From an uncultured Desulfobacteraceae bacterium (GTDB lineage Bacteria; Desulfobacterota; Desulfobacteria; Desulfobacterales; CAZHA01), in the NCBI GenBank assembly GCA_964572695.1, contig CAZNFS010000003.1, positions 1-45,534 of the forward strand: a DNA stretch of 45,534 bases, read 5' to 3'. The notes beneath the pieces are model-generated. The model saw nothing but the letters and a program-made list of their open reading frames with translations, had not been told where the DNA came from and did not search any database. Shown one piece after another: positions 1 to 9,536 of the stretch. Position 1 is the stretch's first letter. Each line of letters begins with the position of its first letter. The translations under genes were made by a program, and so were the position numbers.

Positions 1-65
1 CGCTATGGCACTAATCGCCTTTTGCGGCAGTATTTTCATTAAAGAAAAAAGATGTTAGGACTTAT

Positions 66-1442
66 TTATTGAGACCTTAGCCGTCCTCTTGCAAATGAAA
101 AATATATCCCTATCGTACAAAGCCCGCTGAAAATAATAAAAGCCGCTTTTACGCTGGTGATCAAGGCCGGATAGTATTGGGGCGTAATTTGAGCCCGCCC
201 GATAAACAAAGCAAATATCAACGTGGCGATTCCCATGCTGAACATCTGTCCCAGCAGCCGCATGGTGCCCACCGAACCGGAGGCGATTCCGTAAAAGCGC
301 TTATCGACCGCGCTCATAATCGCATTCATGTTGGGGGAAGAAAATAACGCAAACCCAAACCCGAGTATCATAAGGCTCAAAACGATGTATGCCAGCGCTG
401 AATTACGGGTTAGAAAGATCAAAAGAACCAATCCTAAGGCCGTAATCGCCATTCCCAGGGACGCGATCAGGCGGGGTTCTATTCTATCTGAAAGTCTGCC
501 GGCCAGGGGCGAGAAGAGTGCCATCATGATCGGTTGCGAGATCAAAACGGTACCGGCCATTTGAGGACTTAGCCCTTTAATATACTGCAAATACAGGCTC
601 AACAAAAATGTCACCGCAAACGTGGCGCTGTAATTGATTAATGCGGCCAGGCACGAAAATGCAAATACGCGGTTGTTTCTGAAAAGATCCACCTCGAACA
701 CCGGATAACGCACATGGGATACCCATTTGACAAAGCCAACCAAAGCCAATAGCCCGCTGATGATGATAACGATACTCAACCGAGTCGGAATAATTGAAAT
801 ACCATACATGATGGCAACCACCGCCACAGCATAAAAAAATGTCCCCATAAAATCGAATGTCTCTTCGGCGGCGCCGATCCATTCCGCCTTTAATCTAAAA
901 AAAACCAATCCCATTATCAGCATGCCGATGGGAATATTTGATAAAAAAATACTTCTCCAGGTAAGGAGCTGGGTTAACCATCCGCCAAAAAAGGGTCCGC
1001 AGGAAAGCCCGATATAAACTGCTGCTACGGCAATTCCGAGGACTTTGCCTCGTTCCTGGGGAGGGTAGACCGAAGTCAAAATCGCCATGCTCGTGGCAAA
1101 AACCATCGCCGACCCGGTACCCTGAAGGACCCGCCAAACAATCAGAATAGTCACCGATTTTGAAAGGGCGCAAAGAAAAGAGGCCAGCGTGAATAAAGCC
1201 ATGCCGCTCACATAAATCCGTTTACGCCCGTAAATATCCGCCAGTTTTCCCATAGGGACCAGTGCAACCGCGGCAGCCAATAGATAAGATGTTGCCACCC
1301 AGCTCATTAAAACCGCATCGGCCTCAAAATCCCTTCCAATAGCAGGCAAAGCAATATTGACCGATGAAATCATAAAAGGGGTTAAAAAAGAACTTAATGT
1401 CGCGATTGCCAAGGCAGTACGCTTTAAAGATAAATCACTCAT
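66..1442 (-). CDS. MFS transporter, DHA2 (EmrB/QacA-like) drug:H+ antiporter type
   Basis: 458-aa ORF, hydrophobic throughout with many TM segments. MFS motif A (GKLADIYGRKRIY) follows TM2. Length and WRVLQGTGSA region fit the 14-TM DHA2 group. Confidence 0.85.
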   Translation of the reverse strand: MSDLSLKRTALAIATLSSFLTPFMISSVNIALPAIGRDFEADAVLMSWVATSYLLAAAVALVPMGKLADIYGRKRIYVSGMALFTLASFLCALSKSVTILIVWRVLQGTGSAMVFATSMAILTSVYPPQERGKVLGIAVAAVYIGLSCGPFFGGWLTQLLTWRSIFLSNIPIGMLIMGLVFFRLKAEWIGAAEETFDFMGTFFYAVAVVAIMYGISIIPTRLSIVIIISGLLALVGFVKWVSHVRYPVFEVDLFRNNRVFAFSCLAALINYSATFAVTFLLSLYLQYIKGLSPQMAGTVLISQPIMMALFSPLAGRLSDRIEPRLIASLGMAITALGLVLLIFLTRNSALAYIVLSLMILGFGFALFSSPNMNAIMSAVDKRFYGIASGSVGTMRLLGQMFSMGIATLIFALFIGRAQITPQYYPALITSVKAAFIIFSGLCTIGIYFSFARGRLRSQ

Positions 1443-1467
1443 TTGGCCTCTGGGTCGCTAATTTTGT

Positions 1468-1704
1468 TCATTTTTTGGGAAGCATCTTTTTTTTAAATTG
1501 TAAACATTCTTTCTGAGAACTTGAGAAAACAGTTTGGGAGGGAAACGATTTGGATTTGAAGTTCATGGCTTTACAACCATGGGGGAAATGTTTGTCCCAT
1601 GTCACATAATAATAAACGCATTTGTGACAGTCTATCCTTTGCGGCATAGATGAATGAGATTTCATCGTCAGAAAAATACTAGGCAAATCCCGATGGTCTG
1701 TCAA
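1468..1704 (-). CDS. small Cys-rich protein of unknown function
   Basis: 78-codon ORF with core RIDCHKCVYYYVTWDKHFPHGCKAMNFKS...C (four Cys). Its longest form overlaps the upstream gene's stop by 4 nt. The true start may be an internal Met (MKSHSS or MPQRID). From memory it resembles a small conserved family; not verified. Confidence 0.45.
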   Translation of the reverse strand: MTDHRDLPSIFLTMKSHSSMPQRIDCHKCVYYYVTWDKHFPHGCKAMNFKSKSFPSQTVFSSSQKECLQFKKKMLPKK

Positions 1705-2585
1705 GGCTGAAAGCGCTTTGATTGGCGAAACCGGCTTTCGATTTCCGCCACCGCTTTCATTCTTTCGGGTTCAAGAAACACGTTGTAAATTTTCTCTCTC
1801 ATATCGATAGGCCGGTTCAACAGATTTTGCTCCAGCCGGGCCAATGCTTCAATGGATTTATCGCAGACCGGATATCCTTTGTCGTCAACCTTGATTTGTG
1901 ATCCGAAAATTATTTTTGAAATGTTATTGATATCTACAAGCTTAATACCGCCGGAAGGGGTCAGAAGGATATTTCTCACGCCGGCCAGATCAGGCACGTA
2001 ATGCGTTTCCAAAACCATCCTTTTAATTCCGTCGATGAATTTTACCGCATTTCTTTGAATGCTGCCAATGATCGATTCAATCGTCTTTTCGGTTTCCTTA
2101 TTGGGCAAATTATTTGAACCAAGGATTAGGTCTCTTAGTTCGATTTCATTAAAAGAGTGCCAGGGATCCAGCCCTTGACCGTGTACAAACTCCTGAAGAC
2201 CGCAGAGAATAAAATCATGTTTATCAGGCCGAACATAGTCAACGATAAATTCGCTTGAGACCGCCAGGAATTTCGGTCCCAGATATTGTTCAACGATTCT
2301 CAACTTCCTTGTTTCGTCAAATATTTCCTCGACTAGCGAAAATCTTATTCTAAAGATTCGCAGCATTTTCAGCGGTATGGCCTTTGGATACCATTTGATT
2401 CCGTTTTGCAGAAATCCCTTGCTTTCCGCTTCAACATGGGCAGGATCCAGGACTTCGATGATATGAGAACGCAATCCTTGCCGATAATGCCTTCTAAATA
2501 CATACCTTCTGCGATTGGAAATAAAGTTTAGATCGACAATATCTTCATGGCGGATGAACGCTTTATCTCTAATATCTTCAGTCAT
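1701..2585 (-). CDS. hypothetical protein with protein-kinase-like catalytic-loop motifs
   Basis: 294-aa ORF in an operon-like string. The segment YVPDLAGVRNILLTPSGGIKLVDINN resembles the D-x5-N catalytic loop plus metal-binding D of atypical (Kdo/RIO-like) kinases. I recognised no other family signature. Confidence 0.55.
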   Translation of the reverse strand: MTEDIRDKAFIRHEDIVDLNFISNRRRYVFRRHYRQGLRSHIIEVLDPAHVEAESKGFLQNGIKWYPKAIPLKMLRIFRIRFSLVEEIFDETRKLRIVEQYLGPKFLAVSSEFIVDYVRPDKHDFILCGLQEFVHGQGLDPWHSFNEIELRDLILGSNNLPNKETEKTIESIIGSIQRNAVKFIDGIKRMVLETHYVPDLAGVRNILLTPSGGIKLVDINNISKIIFGSQIKVDDKGYPVCDKSIEALARLEQNLLNRPIDMREKIYNVFLEPERMKAVAEIESRFRQSKRFQP

Positions 2586-2588
2586 GGA

Positions 2589-3653
2589 TTAACCTGGTGG
2601 TGATTGCTTTTGCAAGTGGCGGTGTCTTGCCTTCAGCGGCTCTTGGGCCAGTTGTTTACATCTTTGGTAAAAATGCTCAAGATTTCCGCCTGTCGTTTGA
2701 AGCAAATTAAGAAAACCCGGTACCAGGGCATGATAGGTTGATACGGTATTTATTTGGGCATTGTTTACAGGCCGATTGAACCAATTATCGTATCCGGCAT
2801 ATCCGTCCCATTCTTTTTTACGTTTTTGATAGGCTTTCCTCAGACGCTCGATGATCATGGCCTTAATTGGGCGCATATCTTTCGGTGACAGGCTTCTTTT
2901 ATACAATGTTGCCAGTTTTTTACGATACTGCATGATCAAACCTACAAACTGCTGATACCGGCCATGTCGCTTCATATAATTGCCATAGGCTTCAGGCGTC
3001 TGTCTGGTAAGCATCCAGCGCCGGATCCCTTCCTGTTCAACGGCAGTGGCAAAGCTCTCGTTGAAGGTGGTATCACCTGAAACATATAAAAGGCCGTGTG
3101 CCAGTTCGTGGAAGATCAGGGCCGCCAGATCCGTATCGGAATAATCGACAAAGCTGCTCAGGATCGGGTCGTCAAACCAGCCCAGGGTGGAATAGGCGGC
3201 GATACCTTGAACATAAGCATCGTACCCCTCATCCCTTAACCCAACCGCATAGCGGTCCGCCCTGTCTTCTGAAAAATAGCTCCGGTATGACAAACATCCC
3301 ACAAGGGGATAGCACCAGGTATGGGGAGCTAATGAGAACTCCGGCGCGGCATAGACAGCCCAGACGACATAAGGACGGTTAAGCTCCACATAGTCCCGAT
3401 AGTTGCCGTCGACCGTCAAATGAAGTTGATTTTGAGCAAAATCCCTGATCTCCCGGATCGTTTTAAACCGTGCTTTGAGCCCGGGCGGGATATGGGGCGC
3501 CATCAAAAGTTTATGAATCGGTTTGCGTTTGGATATAAGGCTGAGTTGTCCCTGGATCGCTTGAGCGTAATATCGGGTTGTATCACAACCGCTAAAGGTT
3601 GTGGCCAAAACCAGAATAAAGCTGATTTGAATGGGAATCAGTTTGAATCGCAT
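2589..3653 (-). CDS. zinc metallo-aminopeptidase-like lipoprotein (HExxH)
   Basis: HELAH zinc motif (IFHELAHG). From Met22 (3653) the N-terminus is MRFKLIPIQISFILVLATTFSGC, a signal peptide plus lipobox. That start also removes the 46-nt overlap with the upstream gene seen with the track start 3716. Confidence 0.7.
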   Translation of the reverse strand: MRFKLIPIQISFILVLATTFSGCDTTRYYAQAIQGQLSLISKRKPIHKLLMAPHIPPGLKARFKTIREIRDFAQNQLHLTVDGNYRDYVELNRPYVVWAVYAAPEFSLAPHTWCYPLVGCLSYRSYFSEDRADRYAVGLRDEGYDAYVQGIAAYSTLGWFDDPILSSFVDYSDTDLAALIFHELAHGLLYVSGDTTFNESFATAVEQEGIRRWMLTRQTPEAYGNYMKRHGRYQQFVGLIMQYRKKLATLYKRSLSPKDMRPIKAMIIERLRKAYQKRKKEWDGYAGYDNWFNRPVNNAQINTVSTYHALVPGFLNLLQTTGGNLEHFYQRCKQLAQEPLKARHRHLQKQSPPG

Positions 3654-3670
3654 TTCAGTTTGCGGCCGTA

Positions 3671-4645
3671 TCAGGGAACAAGATGTTGAATCAGGGCCTG
3701 TTTTATTTTTCTCCATATATCGACTCCCACCGATCCCGGATCGATAAGGAGATGATGCATGCTCTCTTTTAGGCCGATGTTTCCCTTTTCTATGCGGTGA
3801 AATGACCAGCCATCCAGTTGATGCTGTCTGGCGAACTGCATTAACCCCTTGTATGACACCAGTTCGTCCTGCCGGTCGATGAAAACCAGCGTTGGAACAT
3901 TGAGCTTTAGCGTAAGATTGTTTTTAAAATGCTGCAAGGCTGCAAATAAGGCCTTGTAGGCAGCAATGGGAAGCCCGCTGTGCTCGCGATAAGAATTGGA
4001 AGCCAAACTCGGAATTATGAGCCTGGGAAACCATGAGAGGATTTTTCCGGCATAAAGAATGGCTCTCAAATCCAGGGCCGGGGCAAAAAGAACCATCCGC
4101 TCAAAGCGGACATCGTCTCTGGAAACAAACAGGTCGGGCCCCAACAGGCCGCCCAGCGAATAACCCACCAAAAACAAGGGCACCCCAAAATGATCACTCC
4201 TCCTGCGCGCCAGGCAATAGGCCTGATAGGTTTCCTGATTCCATAGTTGATAGGATACGCCCTTCAAAGCTTCCAGGCGGGATTCTTTGGCATCCAGCTT
4301 TCCGGTCCGGGGATAGTTTTGCCCGTGTCCATAATACGACACCTTCAAAGCGTCGATTTGGACCGCTGTGAGTTCATCGATAATCGATCTCATCTTCGCC
4401 GGACGCAAATTAAGCCCGTGCAGGACCAGCGCAACCCCCCTTGGCTTCGCAGTCAAATCGGCATAATACCAGCAACTGGAGCCGGTTTCCGCTACCGCTT
4501 TGCTGCAGGAAACCGTGGATTGCACCTGCCGGCAGCCATCGGCGCTTTCACCCCCGTGTCCGGAACCCGCCCCAAGCGTAACACAAACGATCTGAAGGCC
4601 GATCATTCCAATTGAAGTCCAGATTTTTAGCGTCTCAGATGACAT
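3671..4645 (-). CDS. alpha/beta-fold hydrolase
   Basis: 324 aa. Nucleophile elbow GYSLGG, HG oxyanion region (LVLHGLN), hydrophobic N-terminal signal-like segment. Confidence 0.7.
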   Translation of the reverse strand: MSSETLKIWTSIGMIGLQIVCVTLGAGSGHGGESADGCRQVQSTVSCSKAVAETGSSCWYYADLTAKPRGVALVLHGLNLRPAKMRSIIDELTAVQIDALKVSYYGHGQNYPRTGKLDAKESRLEALKGVSYQLWNQETYQAYCLARRRSDHFGVPLFLVGYSLGGLLGPDLFVSRDDVRFERMVLFAPALDLRAILYAGKILSWFPRLIIPSLASNSYREHSGLPIAAYKALFAALQHFKNNLTLKLNVPTLVFIDRQDELVSYKGLMQFARQHQLDGWSFHRIEKGNIGLKESMHHLLIDPGSVGVDIWRKIKQALIQHLVP

Positions 4646-4690
4646 GGTCAGGGCGCAGAAAATGAGTTAAACGAATGGATTTGGACGCAT

Positions 4691-5575
4691 TTAGGCGTCT
4701 GTCTTCCGGGAACGAATCAATTGATAATGTTTTTTACTCAGTTCCCATCCAAACAACCGTTCCAGATGCATCATCCACCGATGGCGACGTTCACGGTGGG
4801 TGGGTTTGTAATCCGGATTGAGGCTCAGGCGTTGTTGCGTATTCTCGGCCAGCCATTGCTGCATTATTTCAGGATGATTGCCTTCAAAAGATCCCAGGGC
4901 TTGAGGGTCTATGTCTCCGTATCCGTCAAAGTCAGGCGGCGCATGCCCCCAATATCGGCTGATTTTCTGTATTTTTAACCTCATGTCTGAAACCCTGCGC
5001 ACATGCCCATAGTGATAAATCGGCACGCCGGCCAGAGCGGCCTTCGGATAGCGTCCCTTTTTATTCTTATCCATAACGACAAAAAAGAGGCCATCGGGGG
5101 CATAACTGCGAATCGTGTTGCGAATTACCCGCGGCGCACGCCGATACCAACCGGGACTGACGGCCAGTGTTTGGGGCGTACCGTAAAAATGATAATAATC
5201 AAACACCAGTGCTTCAATTTTGGGGTTTGCTGCATGCGTCTGTAAAACATTTCTGATATGAGGGATATCCTTTTGGTGTAATACCTCATCCCCTTCCAGG
5301 TAGAATGCCCAGTCCCCGCGGCAGTTAAAATGAGCGATCATTTTTTGCTGGGCATATACATAACCGCGATCCTGCATGGATTCGTTCCAGGCCGTTTCGA
5401 TCACCTGCAATTTGGGGTCCCCGATGGCTTTGACACGCGCCAAGGTATCGTCTTCACTTGCACCCACGGCCACGAACACCTCGTCGCAGACCGGTAGCAG
5501 AGAACGCAAACTTTCGATATAGGGGTATCCCAGAAGTGTCCCGTTACGAATAAAAGTAAAGCCGCTGACTTTCAT
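4691..5575 (-). CDS. glycosyltransferase-like protein (GT2-related)
   Basis: 294 aa. N-terminus FTFIRNGTLLGYPYIESLRSLLPVCDEVFVAVGASEDDT and the EGDE acidic motif resemble a GT-A fold subgroup. Assigned from memory only. Confidence 0.55.
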   Translation of the reverse strand: MKVSGFTFIRNGTLLGYPYIESLRSLLPVCDEVFVAVGASEDDTLARVKAIGDPKLQVIETAWNESMQDRGYVYAQQKMIAHFNCRGDWAFYLEGDEVLHQKDIPHIRNVLQTHAANPKIEALVFDYYHFYGTPQTLAVSPGWYRRAPRVIRNTIRSYAPDGLFFVVMDKNKKGRYPKAALAGVPIYHYGHVRRVSDMRLKIQKISRYWGHAPPDFDGYGDIDPQALGSFEGNHPEIMQQWLAENTQQRLSLNPDYKPTHRERRHRWMMHLERLFGWELSKKHYQLIRSRKTDA

Positions 5576-5669
5576 GGTTTTTACTTGATAAGTTCTTGAG
5601 GGGTTCGCAGGTGTGATCTGAGATTATGATGAAACGCTTTGGGGTGTCAATGGAAAAGCGGTTTGTGAG

Positions 5670-6524
5670 TCAATCATATTCAGGCAACCAGTCAAGTTCC
5701 TGCGGACCCCATTTTTCTTCCAGAGGGATCAGGATATCGATGTCTTTATAGCGGGGATATTGAGATTTGAGGGTGAGTCGGATGTAATGGTGGTTAAAAA
5801 CATCCAGTGCAATATGAACCGGCCGGACATCGCCCCGGTCGAGATGTCTTTTTTTGGTTCTCAGGTAAAGATCGAAATCCGCACCCAGAATGCGTTCATC
5901 CCAGAGACCGATTTTTTCGATTACGCTGCGTCGCATCATAACGGTATTTCCAACAAACCCTTCTTTGATTTGATGCCTGAATTTTCGATATCTTTTCGCT
6001 ACAAACTTGTCCCAGTTGCCGTACATCGCTTTGTGCATGAATTTTAATGAAATCCGATTAAAGCCCAAAATGCCGAGAGCATATTTGATTGTTTTCCATT
6101 TTCGTTTGAAACGGCGGGTTTGAGTCGGGTTTTCCAGATTCTCGATTCCACAGCAGGTAATTACTTCCAATTCGTTTTTTTCCATGGAATCGATAAGGCG
6201 CTGGTCCCAGTTTGTGGAAACGATGATGTCGTTATTAAGAAATGCAAGCACGCTGTATTGCGCCGCCTTAATTCCCTGGTTTTGGCAATAAGGATAAGAA
6301 TAGTTATCATTATTTCGAATCACCATCGCCCCATTTTTTTCAAAATAGTCCCCGCTCCCATCGTTTGAAGCATTATCGATCACGATCAGCTCATACCGAT
6401 TTTGGGTATATTTCCGAATAGATTCAAGAAATAACGTGTTGGCTGCCAGCTGGTTGTGGACACCCGTGATGATGCTGATCATTTTTCTTTCCGGATATTT
6501 TGATGGCGTCGTAAAAAATTCCAT
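5670..6524 (-). CDS. glycosyltransferase family 2
   Basis: ISIITGVHNQ...YELIVIDNASNDGS is the classic GT2 N-terminus, and a DxD-type region (FLNNDI) is present. Met15 (6482) is an alternative start. Confidence 0.75.
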   Translation of the reverse strand: MEFFTTPSKYPERKMISIITGVHNQLAANTLFLESIRKYTQNRYELIVIDNASNDGSGDYFEKNGAMVIRNNDNYSYPYCQNQGIKAAQYSVLAFLNNDIIVSTNWDQRLIDSMEKNELEVITCCGIENLENPTQTRRFKRKWKTIKYALGILGFNRISLKFMHKAMYGNWDKFVAKRYRKFRHQIKEGFVGNTVMMRRSVIEKIGLWDERILGADFDLYLRTKKRHLDRGDVRPVHIALDVFNHHYIRLTLKSQYPRYKDIDILIPLEEKWGPQELDWLPEYD

Positions 6525-6834
6525 CTATAGTTGAATTCGCGATTTTTACGAGATCATCAAATTTTGTATTTTCTTAAGAGCATAACCAATTTGAAGAATA
6601 TTTCCTATATCACCGGACTTCAAAAATCAACCAACTTGCTCTTTCCATCTATTCCATCGGGGATCCGATGTTTATAGATTTCCACCCGCCGGCCCTGTTT
6701 ATGATGATTTTTCCCTTGACCCGCGATTAGGTTTTGAATTATTCAGTCTGTTTCCCGTTTCATATTATTTGATATTGTTGCGTCGGTTTTGTTTTTGCCT
6801 GAGTTTGTTCGATCAACGGACCCATAAGCAATAA

Positions 6835-6850
6835 TGGTAACGGCGCAGCA
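6835..6850 (+). promoter_or_regulatory. weak sigma-54 type -24/-12 candidate upstream of the redox operon
   Basis: TGGTAA-CGGCG-CAGCA has GG and GC at the correct 10-nt spacing. The flanking consensus is poor and the element ends only about 20 nt before ATG 6871. Confidence 0.25.
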
Positions 6851-6870
6851 CCGATTCAGATGGAAAAATA

Positions 6871-8604
6871 ATGTTTTTTACAGTTGCACTCTATTTATCA
6901 CTGCTTATCGCCCTTGGCGGGGTGATTTTTCGCATCCTGCGATGGTTCAAAATTGAGATCGGACCGGAAGCGAAAGGTTTATCCCTCCTCAAGAGAATTG
7001 CGGCGGCCTCTAAGGCCATCGCAACAATCTTGTTTAGTCGCCGATTGCCGCTGCTCCTCAAAGCCCTCATTCTGGATATCTTCCTTCAAATCAAAGTGTT
7101 GCGTGAAGATCCGCTGCGGGGAATCATGCATTTGTGCATTTTGGTGGGGTTTGTGTATCTGCTCTTAATGCATGCCCTGGATGAAACAGTCACACTGGCC
7201 TTGTTTCCGAATTATGTTTCTACCTTAAATCCCTATTTCTTTTTAAGAAATCTTTTTGGGGTGCTTGTTCTTGCGGGAATCGCCATCGCCATCTACCGGC
7301 GCCTGACCATCAAAGGACTTCGCCGCACCACCAACCGAACCGATTGGGCGGCCATCACGATTTTAGCGATCATTTTCTTTTCCGGGTTTCTGCTCGACAG
7401 CGTCCAAATTATCTCACCCTCCCTTTTTAATGGCATGGTTGAGGATTATCTCGGTTCGGATGATCCAGAGGAAATCGAACCCCTAAAAGCGTATTGGGCC
7501 CGGAATTACGGGGTCGCTTTCAGCGAATTCAGCGGTCATCAAGATTCAGACCTGATTGAACAAGGCCTTGAAATACATGAAGAAAGCTGTATGGAGTGTC
7601 ACTCCACGCCTCGTTCGGCATTTATTTCTTATCCGCTGTCAAAACCGCTTAAGCCGGCAGTCGATTTGTTAGAACGTTTCGGTGCGCCGGTATGGCTGTG
7701 GTATATCCATTTTATGGCCTGCTTTATCGGATTGGCATATCTGCCGTTCAGCCGCTTTTTCCACATTATTTCCAGTACTGTCAGCCTTTTGGTCAGTCGG
7801 GCCGCAATAGACCCTATTTCCAACCCGGCCAACATAGCTACCAGGCGAGCACTGGCGCTGGATGCCTGTACCCATTGCGGGACATGCAGCCTTTACTGCA
7901 GCGTTTCCCCGATATTGGAATTGATTCCCAATCAGGATATCTTACCCTCCGAAAAACTCCTTTCGATAACCGAGTTGACCAAGGGGAAAAACCTGGAACC
8001 CCAAAAGCTCCAATTGCTTTCTGCGGGAAGCTTCATCTGCACCGGCTGCCACCGCTGTACGGATCTTTGCCCGGCCGGAATCGACTTACAGGACCTGTGG
8101 GAAGCTTCCAAAGCCGATTTGGCAGCTAAAGGCTACCCCGGCCCCCAACTGGGTGCCAGACAACAGGCCGCTGAAAAATCAGCCCAAAAAAGCTCCGATC
8201 AAATCCTGACCCTTACCCGGGACAATTTCACTTTGAAAAACCAGTTGAAGCTTTCCGATCAGGCGCATACCTTTTCAGGCTGTTTCGGCTGTCAGACCTG
8301 CACCAATGTTTGTCCGGTGGTTGCCGTCTTCGAAAAACCCGCGGCCGAACTCGACCTGGCGCCGCACCAGATCATGCATGCCCTCGGTCTTGGTCTCAAA
8401 GATATGGTTTTGGATTCGCGCATGATTTGGGACTGCACGACGTGTTACATGTGCCAGGAAAGCTGCCCTCAAGGGGTACAAATCACGGATATTTTATATG
8501 AAATGAAAAATATGGCGGTCGAACGGTTTGAAAATATGGGCTCAACCATCAGAAAATCGGGTTCAGCCGGCTCAACAAACATCGTTGAGGATCATCAAAA
8601 ATGA
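6871..8604 (+). CDS. membrane cytochrome b (NarI/HdrE/DsrM-like) fused to two HdrC-like 2x[4Fe-4S] domains
   Basis: 577 aa. About 5 TM helices with conserved His in the membrane (MHLCILVGFVYLLLMHAL; YIHFMACF...FFHII). The C-terminal half has four CX2CX2CX3C(P) motifs: CTHCGTCSLYC, CTGCHRCTDLCP, CFGCQTCTNVCP, CTTCYMCQESCP. Confidence 0.8.
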   Translation: MFFTVALYLSLLIALGGVIFRILRWFKIEIGPEAKGLSLLKRIAAASKAIATILFSRRLPLLLKALILDIFLQIKVLREDPLRGIMHLCILVGFVYLLLMHALDETVTLALFPNYVSTLNPYFFLRNLFGVLVLAGIAIAIYRRLTIKGLRRTTNRTDWAAITILAIIFFSGFLLDSVQIISPSLFNGMVEDYLGSDDPEEIEPLKAYWARNYGVAFSEFSGHQDSDLIEQGLEIHEESCMECHSTPRSAFISYPLSKPLKPAVDLLERFGAPVWLWYIHFMACFIGLAYLPFSRFFHIISSTVSLLVSRAAIDPISNPANIATRRALALDACTHCGTCSLYCSVSPILELIPNQDILPSEKLLSITELTKGKNLEPQKLQLLSAGSFICTGCHRCTDLCPAGIDLQDLWEASKADLAAKGYPGPQLGARQQAAEKSAQKSSDQILTLTRDNFTLKNQLKLSDQAHTFSGCFGCQTCTNVCPVVAVFEKPAAELDLAPHQIMHALGLGLKDMVLDSRMIWDCTTCYMCQESCPQGVQITDILYEMKNMAVERFENMGSTIRKSGSAGSTNIVEDHQK

Positions 8605-9473
8605 AGCTGGCCCTTTTCTCAGGCTGTAAGATACCATCCCTGTTGAAGCATTACGAACTCGCCTCCCGCGCGGTTTTGAAAACTTTAGCGGTTGAGCTGG
8701 TCGATATAACCTTCAATTGCTGCGGTTATCCGAACCGCAACCATCACTTTGGGGCCTACCTCCTTTCGGCCGCCCGCAATCTGGCTTTGGCCCGGCAGCA
8801 AAATTTAAACATTCTCACGCTCTGCAAGTGCTGCTATGGCAGCCTGAAACATGCCGATCATTGGATTAAAACCAATGCACGCATGCGGGATGAGATTAAT
8901 GCTGTTTTAAAAAAAGAAGACCTGTTTTGGGATGGAAGCGTGGAAATAAAGCATCTGCTTCCGCTTCTGGCACATGATATCGGACTGCCGGTCTTAAAAG
9001 ACCAGGTCCGTCAGCGTTACAGCGCACTCAAAATCGCGCCCCATTACGGCTGCCATGCCCTGAGGCCGGCGGATATCATGCAATACGATAATCCGGTAGA
9101 CCCCACTCTGTTTGAAGATCTTGTGGCTGCGACCGGTGCGCAATCGGTCAATTGGCCGCGGCGGCTGGAATGCTGCGGCAATCCAATACTGGAAAAAAAC
9201 GCATCGCTGTCGGTTTCCTTAATGCACAAAAAAATAAATGATGCCAAAACGGCCGGGGCCGACTTTTTATGTACGGCCTGTACTTACTGCCAGATCCAAT
9301 TTGATACGGTCCAGGCAGCGCAGCAGGAGGTATCAGCCTCCAACGGCAACCTGCCCTCGATTCTATATCCCCAGCTTTTGGGCCTGGCATTTGGACTCGA
9401 TGAAGCGGCCCTGGGATTAGGATGCAATCAATTGGATATCAACGGCATCCGCTCGTATTTGGTTTCACCGTGA
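8601..9473 (+). CDS. HdrB-like protein with two CCG domains
   Basis: 290 aa with CCGYPN and CCGNP motifs in two Cys-rich repeats, as in heterodisulfide reductase subunit B. The ATGA start/stop overlap with the upstream gene suggests translational coupling. Confidence 0.8.
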   Translation: MKLALFSGCKIPSLLKHYELASRAVLKTLAVELVDITFNCCGYPNRNHHFGAYLLSAARNLALARQQNLNILTLCKCCYGSLKHADHWIKTNARMRDEINAVLKKEDLFWDGSVEIKHLLPLLAHDIGLPVLKDQVRQRYSALKIAPHYGCHALRPADIMQYDNPVDPTLFEDLVAATGAQSVNWPRRLECCGNPILEKNASLSVSLMHKKINDAKTAGADFLCTACTYCQIQFDTVQAAQQEVSASNGNLPSILYPQLLGLAFGLDEAALGLGCNQLDINGIRSYLVSP

Positions 9474-9536
9474 TGATATTTTTTTAAGAGATGGCTAAGT
9501 AAAAAGGTTCAATATAAAGCGATTAGGGGAGGCCCA

